This document shows, piece by piece, positions 45,893 to 54,385 of a DNA stretch of 64,000 nt. The stretch's first letter is position 1. Each line of letters opens with the position of its first letter. The position numbers were made by a program, and so were the translations under genes. The DNA comes from a virus, in the IMG/VR virus record IMGVR_UViG_3300046791_000470, positions 17,625 through 81,624 of that record; one strand, written 5' to 3'. Under the pieces are notes generated by a model, which saw nothing but the letters and a program-made list of their open reading frames with translations, made no database searches and was not told the origin of the DNA.

Positions 45893-46083
45893 GACCGCGC
45901 CGCCTGGTCCGCGGCGGCGGCCATCATGGAGAGGGCGAGCGAGCCGGTCTGGACGGCGGCGGCGTGGAGCCGGGTCGCCATGGCGCGGTGCCAGCGGGCC
46001 GACAGCGCGGCGCCGCGGCGAGCGGCGCTCTGCATGCCGGCGGTCCAGCGGGCGGCGGCGAGAGTGACGTAGGGGGCGTGCAC
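45889..46083 (-). CDS. Small Ala-rich protein
   Basis: Coupled to the GNAT gene. Confidence 0.4.
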   Translation of the reverse strand: MHAPYVTLAAARWTAGMQSAARRGAALSARWHRAMATRLHAAAVQTGSLALSMMAAAADQAARS

Positions 46084-46097
46084 GGCGGGCTCCGGGA

Positions 46098-46316
46098 TCA
46101 GGCGCAGTTGGCGGCGAGAGACGTGTACGCGGCGCGGAAGCGCGCCGGCAGGCAGGGGACCGCGGCGGCCTTGGTCGCGAACGTCCGCACGTCGTCGCTG
46201 GACTTCGCCCCCTCGGCGAGGGCGACCGTCAGGCAGCCGTAGACCTCGGCGTCCCGGAAGGCTTCCTGGCTACGCCACTGGAAGGGGTGCGGTGCGGCTG
46301 CGGTGCTCGTTTCCAT
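46098..46316 (-). CDS. Small early protein
   Basis: ATG 46316 lies 7 nt after TATAGT. Confidence 0.65.
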   Translation of the reverse strand: METSTAAAPHPFQWRSQEAFRDAEVYGCLTVALAEGAKSSDDVRTFATKAAAVPCLPARFRAAYTSLAANCA

Positions 46317-46352
46317 GCACAAGACTATACGCACGCTCGTGCACACTGTCAA
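46317..46352 (-). promoter_or_regulatory. Boxed promoter TTGACA-GTGTGCACGAGCGTGCG-TATAGT-7-ATG
   Basis: Near-consensus hexamers; three TGYGYAY boxes at a 12-bp period. Confidence 0.85.
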
Positions 46353-46363
46353 GCGCTCGGACA

Positions 46364-46699
46364 TCAGGCCGTGATCGCCTTGGAATCTGCGTACATGGCA
46401 GCGATAGCCGAGCGCTCCTCGTCGGTCAGCGCGCCGATCATCGCCTCGAATACCCGCCTCGCGACCCTGGCAGAGGATTCCCACTGCCACACCGGGCGGC
46501 GACTCATCGGCCCCACGCACGGCCGGACCACGGCGGATCCGGTGAAGCTGCAGGCCACCCGCCGGCCGTAGTGCTCGACCAGCACCGACAGGCCAGAGCC
46601 GTCCGCGAACAGCTCGCAGGCCAGCACCGAGACAGCGGGGAACGCCTCGGCGGCGGCGAGTAGGTGCTCCACCGGCAGCCGGGTCGCGTCCGCCGACAT
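46364..46699 (-). CDS. Hypothetical protein
   Basis: Coupled start MSADATRLP. Confidence 0.6.
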   Translation of the reverse strand: MSADATRLPVEHLLAAAEAFPAVSVLACELFADGSGLSVLVEHYGRRVACSFTGSAVVRPCVGPMSRRPVWQWESSARVARRVFEAMIGALTDEERSAIAAMYADSKAITA

Positions 46700-47220
46700 C
46701 ACGCCACCGCCCCGGCGGCGAACATCGTGAAGCGCCGCGCCGGCGCCGCCCGGCCGGCGAACGCCGCGATCACGTCCCGCCCGTGCGCCCGGAAGCCCGG
46801 CGAGCGCGCCTCCATGGAGATGGCCACGATCTCGCGGTCCCGCTCCTCCGCAGCCCGCTGCGCGCGGGGCGAGCGGCCCTCGGCGTGGGCGCGCATCTTC
46901 AGCTCGAGCGCCCGCACGCGCGCGGCGCAGCGCCTCGAGAGGGCGGCCGAACGACGGAGCGCCCGGTAGCGAACCCACGCCCCGGCCAGCGCCTCGATCG
47001 CCTCGCGGTGCGTCCGGCCGACCTTCGGGGCGCCCGCCCACCGGGCCAGGTCGCGCGCGTGGCGGAGGTTGTACTCGTCCAGGCACGCCAGATCGAGCCG
47101 GTCTGCCAGTTCGCGCGTGGGGTTCTGCGGACACTCGCGCTCCGCCCGGATCGCGAGCAGCTCGATCTTGAGGCGCTTGCCGCGGTAGATGGTCGGATCG
47201 TAGGAGGCGGGGTGGATCAC
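46699..47220 (-). CDS. Hypothetical Arg/Ala-rich protein
   Basis: GTGA-coupled to the HTH gene. Confidence 0.6.
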   Translation of the reverse strand: MIHPASYDPTIYRGKRLKIELLAIRAERECPQNPTRELADRLDLACLDEYNLRHARDLARWAGAPKVGRTHREAIEALAGAWVRYRALRRSAALSRRCAARVRALELKMRAHAEGRSPRAQRAAEERDREIVAISMEARSPGFRAHGRDVIAAFAGRAAPARRFTMFAAGAVA

Positions 47221-47444
47221 GTGAGGCTCCCTGCGGTGTAGAGCGCGATCGCGGCATCGCGCAGGCTCTCGGTGGCATCGACGCCGAGCTTGATGCGGGC
47301 GGCGTTGGCGAGCTGCAGCGCCTCGCCCTGGCTCAGGCCAACGGCGCGGAGCACGCGGCTATCGCTGCCGCGCTGCTTGGGCGTGGTCGCCATCGCGACC
47401 AAGAGCCGGCGCTCGTCGGGGGTGAGGGTGGTGACCGCGTCCAT
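47217..47444 (-). CDS. Standalone LuxR-like HTH protein, paralogue of the HTH domain in 31124-31600
   Basis: LTPDERRLLVAMAT...RAVGLSQGEALQLANAARIKLGV...LRDAAIAL. Confidence 0.75.
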   Translation of the reverse strand: MDAVTTLTPDERRLLVAMATTPKQRGSDSRVLRAVGLSQGEALQLANAARIKLGVDATESLRDAAIALYTAGSLT

Positions 47445-47585
47445 GTGTCTATCTATACGCATGACCGTACGCATCGTCAAGCGCATCCGCTCTAGCCCGG
47501 TCCGATTCCGCCACTCCGGACGCCGGCGGCGATTCACGCGTCCAGTCACTTGACGGTGTGCATGGTCATGCGTATCATCTCTCTC
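47445..47585. promoter_or_regulatory. Divergent boxed promoter pair
   Basis: Minus: TTGACG(47480..47475)-17-TATAGA-7-ATG. Plus: TTGACG(47550..47555)-17-TATCAT-7-ATG. Both contain GGTCATGCGTAT. Confidence 0.82.
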
Positions 47586-48137
47586 ATGGTCGACACCACG
47601 AACGCCCCGCCGACGGTCGCCGAGTTCCTCGCCTCCCTGCCCGCGGCCATCGACTGCCATGCCAAGTACGTGCCCGGCAAGGATCTCACGGCCCGGGTCC
47701 GCAAGGAGCTTGCGCTCGCGGTCACCGCGGGCGTGTTCCCCGCCGGCACCACGTTCTCGGTCACGATCCGCCCCGGCGGCCACACCAAGTCGATCGCCGT
47801 CGATCTGCTCACGTGGGACGGCGTGGTCTTCAGCGACGCGTACTACGTGGCGTGCCTCGAGTCGTACGCCGACAACCGCGAGCCGGACTGGCGCGGCATG
47901 AACGCGTCGCGCTACTCGCCGACGTTCAACGCGGCGCTCGCCGCCATGAAGGCGATCGCGGACCGCCACAACTTCGAGTCCCTGCCCGCCAACCTGGTGA
48001 AGTACCACGCCCCCGACGGGATCGAGCACGCGGAGCGGTACACGCTCGAGCAGATCCTGAAGTGGGCCGAGCGCGCCAAGCGCGGGCCGATCGTCCATGA
48101 CAAGCGCCTCGGCTGGACCGTGCAGGCGGCGGCGTGA
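47586..48137 (+). CDS. LPD29-like early phage protein
   Basis: KDLTARVRKELALAVTAGVFPAGTTFSVTIRPGGHTKSIAVDL resembles the large-polyvalent-protein-associated domain 29 pattern. Confidence 0.5.
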   Translation: MVDTTNAPPTVAEFLASLPAAIDCHAKYVPGKDLTARVRKELALAVTAGVFPAGTTFSVTIRPGGHTKSIAVDLLTWDGVVFSDAYYVACLESYADNREPDWRGMNASRYSPTFNAALAAMKAIADRHNFESLPANLVKYHAPDGIEHAERYTLEQILKWAERAKRGPIVHDKRLGWTVQAAA

Positions 48138-48481
48138 CGGCGACGGTGAAGCACCCCGCCATGAAGGCGCGCCGCGACGAGCTCCGCGCGGCCAAGCGTT
48201 GCATCAACGGCCCGATGGAGGGCACGCGCGGCGCCGGCGGCATCGAGCACGGTCCGCCCGTTTCCGGCGGGAAGTGCGCCCGGTGCGTCGAGGTGCACGA
48301 CGGCCCGCGCCCCACGAACCCGGGGATCACGGTCCCCTGCCCGGTGTGCAGCTCGAGGGCGGGCGTGCAGTGCCGCTCGCGCTACGGCGCGGGGCCGTTC
48401 ACCAGGATGCACGCCGAGCGCGTCGCTGCTGCCACCGCCAAGGAGACCCCATGTCCAACCTCCAACCCGCCGTCAGTCTGA
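48134..48481 (+). CDS. Zinc-finger protein
   Basis: CARC and CPVCSSRAGVQCRS...H. Confidence 0.65.
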   Translation: MTATVKHPAMKARRDELRAAKRCINGPMEGTRGAGGIEHGPPVSGGKCARCVEVHDGPRPTNPGITVPCPVCSSRAGVQCRSRYGAGPFTRMHAERVAAATAKETPCPTSNPPSV

Positions 48482-48786
48482 TCTACCCACGTCACCCCGG
48501 CTGCAACGTCTGGATGTCCACAGGCGGCGGTGGTGGCTGGCGCTGCGGCGACATGGACGGCGCGCTCGTCGTCCACCTGTGTGCGTCGTGCGCGGCTCAG
48601 GTGGCGCCTGAGGATGCTGGCGAGCGGGACGCGCTGATCGCCGAGTGGGTCTCGATGCTCGATCCCGAGGGCTGGACGCAGGAGGACCGCGCCGAGGTGG
48701 CCGCCGGGCTGCGCTCGGATCTGCCGCCGATCGCCGGGCTGCGCGCGCTCGTGGACCGCCACCGGCGCTGGCGCGCGAACCGCTGA
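48451..48786 (+). CDS. Hypothetical Cys-containing protein
   Basis: AAGGAG RBS, ATG 48451. Confidence 0.65.
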   Translation: MSNLQPAVSLIYPRHPGCNVWMSTGGGGGWRCGDMDGALVVHLCASCAAQVAPEDAGERDALIAEWVSMLDPEGWTQEDRAEVAAGLRSDLPPIAGLRALVDRHRRWRANR

Positions 48787-48831
48787 CCAGGAACCACCAC
48801 TCACCGATTCCACTCTCGACAAGGAAATGAC

Positions 48832-49614
48832 ATGCCGAACCAGAAGATCGATTTCATCATCAAGCTTCGCGACTTCGCCGCCGCCGACGGCCGCGGGTTC
48901 CCCGACGAGTACGGGCACGCGGATTACCAGCCGTCGCGCGGGCAGACCGTCCTCGTTGCGGCCATCGCTGACTACCTGACGCGCCCCGAGGTCGTGTGCG
49001 ACACGCACACCAACTGGTTCGCGTACCTCGGCAAGCACCTGGTCGATGCGTTCGCGGAGTTCCGCGACGGCCCTCGGTGGGCCGACATGCGCGACCGCTA
49101 CAAGGCGACCGGGGCCGGCGCGATTCCCGATCTGCTCGACGCGTACGCCGGTGGCTCCGATCGCCAGCTCGTGACGTACGATCTCGCGCGGCTGATGCCG
49201 TTGCTCGCCGCGCAGCCGTGGCTCCGCGCTGATCTGGAGTGCCGGTTCGGCGCGCAGTCGATGGTGATCGATCACGCGTGGCGGCGCTTCGTGCGCGTCG
49301 CCTATCGCAAGCTGATGGCGCGCATCAAGGAGGAGCGCCACCGCGGCAACGCCGGGACGTTCGGATCCACCGACCTGCTGACCTACGCGATGGCCGGGCG
49401 GGTGATGTTCACGTTCCGGCGGGATGAAGTGGGGGGGGGCGACGACGGCCCCAACATGACCTTCGTGGCAGACGACGGCGACCCGCATGGACATCGCTCG
49501 GGACCGAACTGGCCCGGCGCGCCCTACCACGTCTGCGTCGCGATGATCGACGAGGTGACCGACCACTGGGACATCGACAAGCTGACCCGCAGCGACACGA
49601 CCGGACTCGGGTGA
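48832..49614 (+). CDS. Hypothetical protein containing an in-frame G9 tract (49431-49439)
   Basis: 260 aa, AAGGA RBS. Confidence 0.75.
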   Translation: MPNQKIDFIIKLRDFAAADGRGFPDEYGHADYQPSRGQTVLVAAIADYLTRPEVVCDTHTNWFAYLGKHLVDAFAEFRDGPRWADMRDRYKATGAGAIPDLLDAYAGGSDRQLVTYDLARLMPLLAAQPWLRADLECRFGAQSMVIDHAWRRFVRVAYRKLMARIKEERHRGNAGTFGSTDLLTYAMAGRVMFTFRRDEVGGGDDGPNMTFVADDGDPHGHRSGPNWPGAPYHVCVAMIDEVTDHWDIDKLTRSDTTGLG

Positions 49615-49618
49615 TCCG

Positions 49619-49879
49619 ATGAGCCGCCGTAAGCCGGTCGAGATCCGCGCGTGCGTGCAGGTCAAGCTGCACCTCCCCACGGCCGCGATGGTGGCGCTGA
49701 GCCGGTACCTCTCCGACGCTGGCATCTGCGGCGAGCGCGCCGGTGGATCCGCTCCGGACCCCGACCGGCCGGGCTACAGCTTCAGCACGGCCTACTACCT
49801 CGCCGAGTACGAGCACGCGATCCGCGAGTGGCTCGCGGCCAACGTGCGCCCGGCCCGACGCTCGAAGCGGTACCCGTGA
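49619..49879 (+). CDS. Small hypothetical protein
   Basis: GTGA-coupled to the MTase. Confidence 0.6.
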   Translation: MSRRKPVEIRACVQVKLHLPTAAMVALSRYLSDAGICGERAGGSAPDPDRPGYSFSTAYYLAEYEHAIREWLAANVRPARRSKRYP

Positions 49880-50582
49880 CCGCGCTCCGGCCGTTCTTCC
49901 GCTACCACGGCGCGAAGTGGCGAGCGACCGCGGCCGGGCTGTACCAGGCGCCGCAGCTCGACGTGATCATCGAGCCGTTCGCCGGCGCGGCTGGTTACGC
50001 GCTGCACCATCCAGAGCGACAGGTGATCCTCGTCGAGAAGTACCCGGTGATCGCCGAGATCTGGCGCTGGCTCATCAGCGCGAGCGTCGACGAGATCATG
50101 GCCATCCCGCCCGTCGACGACGTGGCGGACCTGCCACCCCAGACCGCGCTCGGCGCGCGCTATCTCGTGGGCTTCGCGATGAACGCCGCCTGCACGTCGC
50201 CGCGGCGCAGGATCGCGAGGTCCGGGCTCGCGTTGCGCGCCGCCGGCCGCCGCTTCTACGGGTGGACCGAGGCGTTCCGAGAGCGCGTGGCCTCGCAGGT
50301 GCCGCACATCCGGCACTGGCGCGTGATCGAGGGCGACTACACCGAGGCGCCGGACGTTGCCGCAACGTGGTTCGTTGACCCGCCGTACATCCTACAGGGG
50401 GGGGGTATATGCATGGTCCGAGGGGACTCGACTACACAGATCTGGCGAGGTGGTGCCGCGCGCGGCGCGGGCAGGCGGTGGTGTGCGAGGGCGCCGGGGC
50501 TGACTGGCTGCCGTTCCGACAGCTCGGCAAGGTCAAGTCCGGGCCAAGGTCGCGCGCTTCCGTCGAAGTCGTATGGCCCTAG
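49876..50582 (+). pseudogene. Dam-like (D12 class) N6-adenine DNA methyltransferase, frameshifted at G9 (50397-50405)
   Basis: FFRYHGAKW, IIEPFAGAAGY and WFVDPPY. The family-like tail GYMHGPRGLDYTDLARWCRARRGQAVVCEGAGADWLPF...VEVVWP lies in another frame and is restored by 10 or 7 G. Confidence 0.85.
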
Positions 50583-50654
50583 CGTGCGCCACTGAGGCGG
50601 ACCGCGATCGCCATCTCGTCGAGGAGGCGCGCGTGCTGAGCGAGGGCCGGGGCT

Positions 50655-50990
50655 CTACGCCGGCTCGACGAACACCGTGATGTTGCCGCGCGCGGGGAAT
50701 GTGCGCTGCACGGCCTCGGGCGACGTGCCGACGATCCACGCGGCGTACGCGCCGGGCACGTCGGTGTCACCCGCCGCCCACGAGTAGCTGATCGCGCCCT
50801 CCTCGTCTCCGACGGCCACCCCGGTGACCTCGACGGGCCCGCTCATCCGGAACTCGAGGGTCCAGTCCGTGAAGTCGAACGCCTCGCCGCAGTCCTCCGC
50901 GGCGTCGGCCTCGAACGCGGGGAGCAGGTCGCCCTGACGGATCGTGAAGTCGGTGCCGGTGCAGCGCGTGCGGAGGGTGACGCAGGACAT
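50655..50990 (-). CDS. BppU-like Ig-fold virion accessory protein outside the tail module
   Basis: FTIRQGDLLPAF...FDFTDWTLEFRM...GAISYSWAAGDTDVPGAYAAW...TFP. Confidence 0.65.
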   Translation of the reverse strand: MSCVTLRTRCTGTDFTIRQGDLLPAFEADAAEDCGEAFDFTDWTLEFRMSGPVEVTGVAVGDEEGAISYSWAAGDTDVPGAYAAWIVGTSPEAVQRTFPARGNITVFVEPA

Positions 50991-51031
50991 GGCGCCGATC
51001 CTCGCCGAGCTCGGCGGCGGGCGCTACTCGG

Positions 51032-51334
51032 TCAGGCGCCGGTCGCGTCGAGGTCGAGCCAGTCCTCGGCGAGCATGTCGGTCTGCGACGCGAGCCAGCC
51101 GATCTGGAGTTCGCCGTCGACCGTCTTCATATCGATGTGCGCGCGGATCGTGACCTTGACGGGCACCGGCGCGGGCTGCGCGACGTAGACGGCGAGCGCG
51201 CCGCGGATCGGCGTGTTGCTCGTGTCCACGACGCTGCCTGGCGTCAACGCGAGCCACATGCCCTTGCCGTTCCAGCCCGTGCGGGCGACGCGGTGGCCGT
51301 TCTTCAATGCCTCGAGAGCTTGTCCGAAGTTCAT
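51032..51334 (-). CDS. DUF2829 / Thoeris anti-defence Tad2-like protein
   Basis: MNFGQALEALKNGHRVARTGWNGKGMWL...IDMKTVDG...GWLASQTDMLAEDW. Confidence 0.85.
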   Translation of the reverse strand: MNFGQALEALKNGHRVARTGWNGKGMWLALTPGSVVDTSNTPIRGALAVYVAQPAPVPVKVTIRAHIDMKTVDGELQIGWLASQTDMLAEDWLDLDATGA

Positions 51335-51366
51335 GCGGGCATCATCGGCGAGCTCGCGAGCTGGCG

Positions 51367-51621
51367 CTACGGCTCGAGCGGCGGCAGCTTCGCCGGGTCG
51401 TATTCGAACCAGAGCATCCCCTGCGACGTGCCGAGGTAGCGGAGGAGCTTCGCGAAGCGCCGTCCGGCCAACAACGCCAGTGCCTCGCGCTGATCGATGC
51501 CCCGCCCATCGACGGTGGTTGGCACCTTCACGGGGATGCAGCCCGGCGTGCGCTTGAACGCCCGGCACGGCGCCGTCAGGCGGTCGCGGCGCGTGCGCTC
51601 CTCGTCGATTGGTCTGGTCAC
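51367..51621 (-). CDS. Small hypothetical protein
   Basis: GTGA-coupled to the C5-MTase. Confidence 0.55.
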   Translation of the reverse strand: MTRPIDEERTRRDRLTAPCRAFKRTPGCIPVKVPTTVDGRGIDQREALALLAGRRFAKLLRYLGTSQGMLWFEYDPAKLPPLEP

Positions 51622-53582
51622 GCGGCCCTCGCGTACTCGATGGTCCGGATCGCGGCGCGGCCGACGGCGCGCATCAGGTGGGGCGGGACGCTGTTGCCCA
51701 CGCACTTGATCTGCGCCGTCTTGGTGAGCGGCTTCCCGTTGAACTCGAGATCGATTCTCCAGCTCGGCGGGAACCCCTGGCAGAGGAACAGCTCGCGGGC
51801 CGTGAGCATGCGGAACCCGATGTCGACGAGCACCCACTGCTCGCCGTCGATCTCGAGCACGATCGGCGCGTCGTATCCGAGGAACGCGGCGACCCGCATG
51901 GCGCGCTCGCTGACCTCCCGGTCGAGCGTGAGGGTGATCAGCGCGAAGCGGTCTTTCGTGTCGATCGTCGAGAGCGGCTTGCCCAGCGCCTCGGGGCCGC
52001 TCGTGCCGTTGTAGCGGATCAGGAACGCGGCCACCTCGGCGAAGTGCGTGCCCGACGCTGAGATCGTGGGGAGCGGCTCGTTGAGCGGATGCGACGACGC
52101 GGCTACGTGCGCATCGCTCGTGCCGCGCAGCTTCAGCAGGTGCAGCATCGCGAGCGAGTGGTGGTCGCGCTGCGTGATCGTCCCGATCGGCGCGTCGATG
52201 CGCGAGCCGCCGGCGAACCCGCCCTCGCGCTCGCTGTAGTTCTTCACGAGCACGGGCATCGCGAGCCCGTGCTTCTGGCCCTGCGCCACGATGGTCCCGA
52301 GCGGCTGCTGTGCGTCGTACACGCGCGGGGACTGCGCCTTCGTGGTCTCGGTCGCGCCGCGCTCGCCGTTGGAGCGGTGGACCAGGTAGGGCGTGGCGAT
52401 CGCGAAGTCGGTTCCGCCCGCCGTGATGGCGCCCAGCGGCAGCTCGACGCTGTGGGCGCCCTGGCCGCGCCGTTTCCCGCTGTGGTCGATGTCGCCGTGC
52501 GCCGTTCTCACCACGATCGGCGACACCACCGCGTGGCCGTCGCGGTTGCCGCAGATCGTGGAGAGCGGCTGGTCCACGCTCGCGCCGCGCCCGTCCTCGC
52601 GTCCCTTGTCACCGTACGAGGTCGGCACGACGAAAGGACGCGGCACGGTGAAGGGCCTGGGGACGTTGAACACGAACCGCTCGAGCCCGGCGCGGATGCG
52701 CGCGAGCGTCTTGTCCGCGAGCGGCTTGGCGCGCTCGAAGATCGACGGGCACTCGATCGAGAAGTCGATGCACTCGGCCGCCGTCCTCCACGGCTGCGCG
52801 CGCCCGGGGCCGTGCGTCGGCTCGGGCCACTCCGCTGGCGTGTCACTCGCGATCAGGAAGAACCGCTCTCGGCTCGTCGGAGACCCGTAGTTGCTGGCCT
52901 TCAGGACTCGATAGGAGACGTAGCGGTAATACTTGCCCAGGCGGGCGATGAACGCGTTGAACAGGGAGCCGATCCGCGCCTTGATCGGGCGCAGGTAGTT
53001 GCAGCCCCTTAGGCACTTCGGGCGGACCTGGCCGCGCTTGCCGACCGTGCCGCGCGCCGCGGCGAGCTCGGCGCTGCAGCCCTGCGAGTGGTGGCGGTGC
53101 AGCGGTCCCCACTTCATGAACGGCTTGACGTTCTCGAGGGACATCGCCCGCGGGCGCACGATGGACGCCGCCCACGACACCGCGAGCCACGCGAGCCCGC
53201 GGACCTTGGTAGCCTCCTCGCCGAGCGGGCCGCCCTTGGCCTGCGAGAAGAAGATGCACGTGGGCGAGAAGTGCGCGTAGGCGATGCGCTTCCCGCCGCT
53301 CGCCACGACCGGATCCACCTTGACGATGTCCTCGCAGAACACGCGGCACTCGGGGTGGTTCGCGGCGTACATCGCCAGCGCCTCGGGCCAGTGATTGACC
53401 GCGATGCCAGGCGCGCGGCGCTCGATGCCGAGATCCTGATACGCCTGCTTGATGCCGAGTCGGGCGCCGCCGCCGCCGGAGAAGTTGTCCGCGTCCGGTT
53501 CGTCGGGATCCACCCAGACGGTGAGCGGTGGACGCGCCTCCTCGCGCGCGCTGAACATGTTGAGCTGACCGCGGATCTTCAT
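51618..53582 (-). CDS. C5-cytosine DNA methyltransferase with long target-recognition region
   Basis: DNFSGGGGA (I), AVNHW, FSPTC (IV), LENV (VI), YGSPTSRERFF (VIII), RMLTAREL...QGFP (IX), CVGNSVPP (X). Confidence 0.93.
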   Translation of the reverse strand: MKIRGQLNMFSAREEARPPLTVWVDPDEPDADNFSGGGGARLGIKQAYQDLGIERRAPGIAVNHWPEALAMYAANHPECRVFCEDIVKVDPVVASGGKRIAYAHFSPTCIFFSQAKGGPLGEEATKVRGLAWLAVSWAASIVRPRAMSLENVKPFMKWGPLHRHHSQGCSAELAAARGTVGKRGQVRPKCLRGCNYLRPIKARIGSLFNAFIARLGKYYRYVSYRVLKASNYGSPTSRERFFLIASDTPAEWPEPTHGPGRAQPWRTAAECIDFSIECPSIFERAKPLADKTLARIRAGLERFVFNVPRPFTVPRPFVVPTSYGDKGREDGRGASVDQPLSTICGNRDGHAVVSPIVVRTAHGDIDHSGKRRGQGAHSVELPLGAITAGGTDFAIATPYLVHRSNGERGATETTKAQSPRVYDAQQPLGTIVAQGQKHGLAMPVLVKNYSEREGGFAGGSRIDAPIGTITQRDHHSLAMLHLLKLRGTSDAHVAASSHPLNEPLPTISASGTHFAEVAAFLIRYNGTSGPEALGKPLSTIDTKDRFALITLTLDREVSERAMRVAAFLGYDAPIVLEIDGEQWVLVDIGFRMLTARELFLCQGFPPSWRIDLEFNGKPLTKTAQIKCVGNSVPPHLMRAVGRAAIRTIEYARAA

Positions 53583-54088
53583 GACGGCCACAGCTCCGGT
53601 GCGACTGCTCGCACGAGACCACGAGCAGCCTCGACGACGGCCGGCTTGTTGTACGTGGTGTTGCGCCGGCTCGGGTGACCGATGCGCACGAGCTCGATGC
53701 CGGCCCGGGTCACCGCCTTGCGCACGTCGGCGTGGCCGAACGCGCTGCTGACCTTCACGCCGAGCGCCACGACGATCCTCCACGGCGTGTCGTGGCCGGC
53801 GGTCAACGCCAGCGCACGGGCGCGGGCCGCCTTCGCGGACCATCCGCCCGTGCAGAGGTTCGCGCGCCAGATGCCGAGGTAGTCGGCCCGCGGGATGCCG
53901 AGCACGTGGCTCTGCAGCCGGTGGCCGGCGCAGCCCGTGGGAGCGCAGTAGAGCGCGAACTCGGGCTCCGACCCGTAGGGGTTGTCTTCGCCGAGGAGCA
54001 GCACGCGGCAGCTCTCGGGCGTGGCCGGGAAGCGCTGGCGCACCGCGCCAAGGTGGGTCTCGAGGCCGACCCGTGTTGATTCACCCAT
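53579..54088 (-). CDS. Uracil-DNA glycosylase superfamily-like protein
   Basis: VLLLGEDNP (motif A-like), IVVALGVKVSSAFG, IGHPS (motif B). Confidence 0.65.
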   Translation of the reverse strand: MGESTRVGLETHLGAVRQRFPATPESCRVLLLGEDNPYGSEPEFALYCAPTGCAGHRLQSHVLGIPRADYLGIWRANLCTGGWSAKAARARALALTAGHDTPWRIVVALGVKVSSAFGHADVRKAVTRAGIELVRIGHPSRRNTTYNKPAVVEAARGLVRAVAPELWPS

Positions 54089-54123
54089 CAACGATTTATC
54101 GGGGATTTCCGGATAATCGTCAA
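54089..54123 (-). promoter_or_regulatory. Candidate promoter TTGACG-17-GATAAA-6-ATG with TTATC..GATAA dyad
   Basis: -35 at 54123..54118 in an AT-richer intergenic patch; the -10 is weak. Confidence 0.45.
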
Positions 54124-54130
54124 GCGCTCT

Positions 54131-54385
54131 CTACGTCCGCGGCGGCTCGAGCGTCCGCGCGATCATGTCGTGCACGGTGGTCTGCGACGCGCCGATCAGC
54201 CGCGCGGCGTTGGCCATCACGGTCGGCACGAGGCGCCCATAGCAGCCGTCGGCGAACACCAGCGTGATGGCCACGCCCTCGAGCTTGCGCTCCTTGGCCA
54301 TCGCGAGCGCGCGCTCGAGCATGGTCACCGCCTCGGCGTGGAAGTCCTCGCGCTCCTGCTCCTCCTTCGTGACCACCTCGATCAC
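54131..54385 (-). CDS. Small hypothetical protein
   Basis: GGAG RBS; GTGA-coupled. Confidence 0.6.
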   Translation of the reverse strand: MIEVVTKEEQEREDFHAEAVTMLERALAMAKERKLEGVAITLVFADGCYGRLVPTVMANAARLIGASQTTVHDMIARTLEPPRT

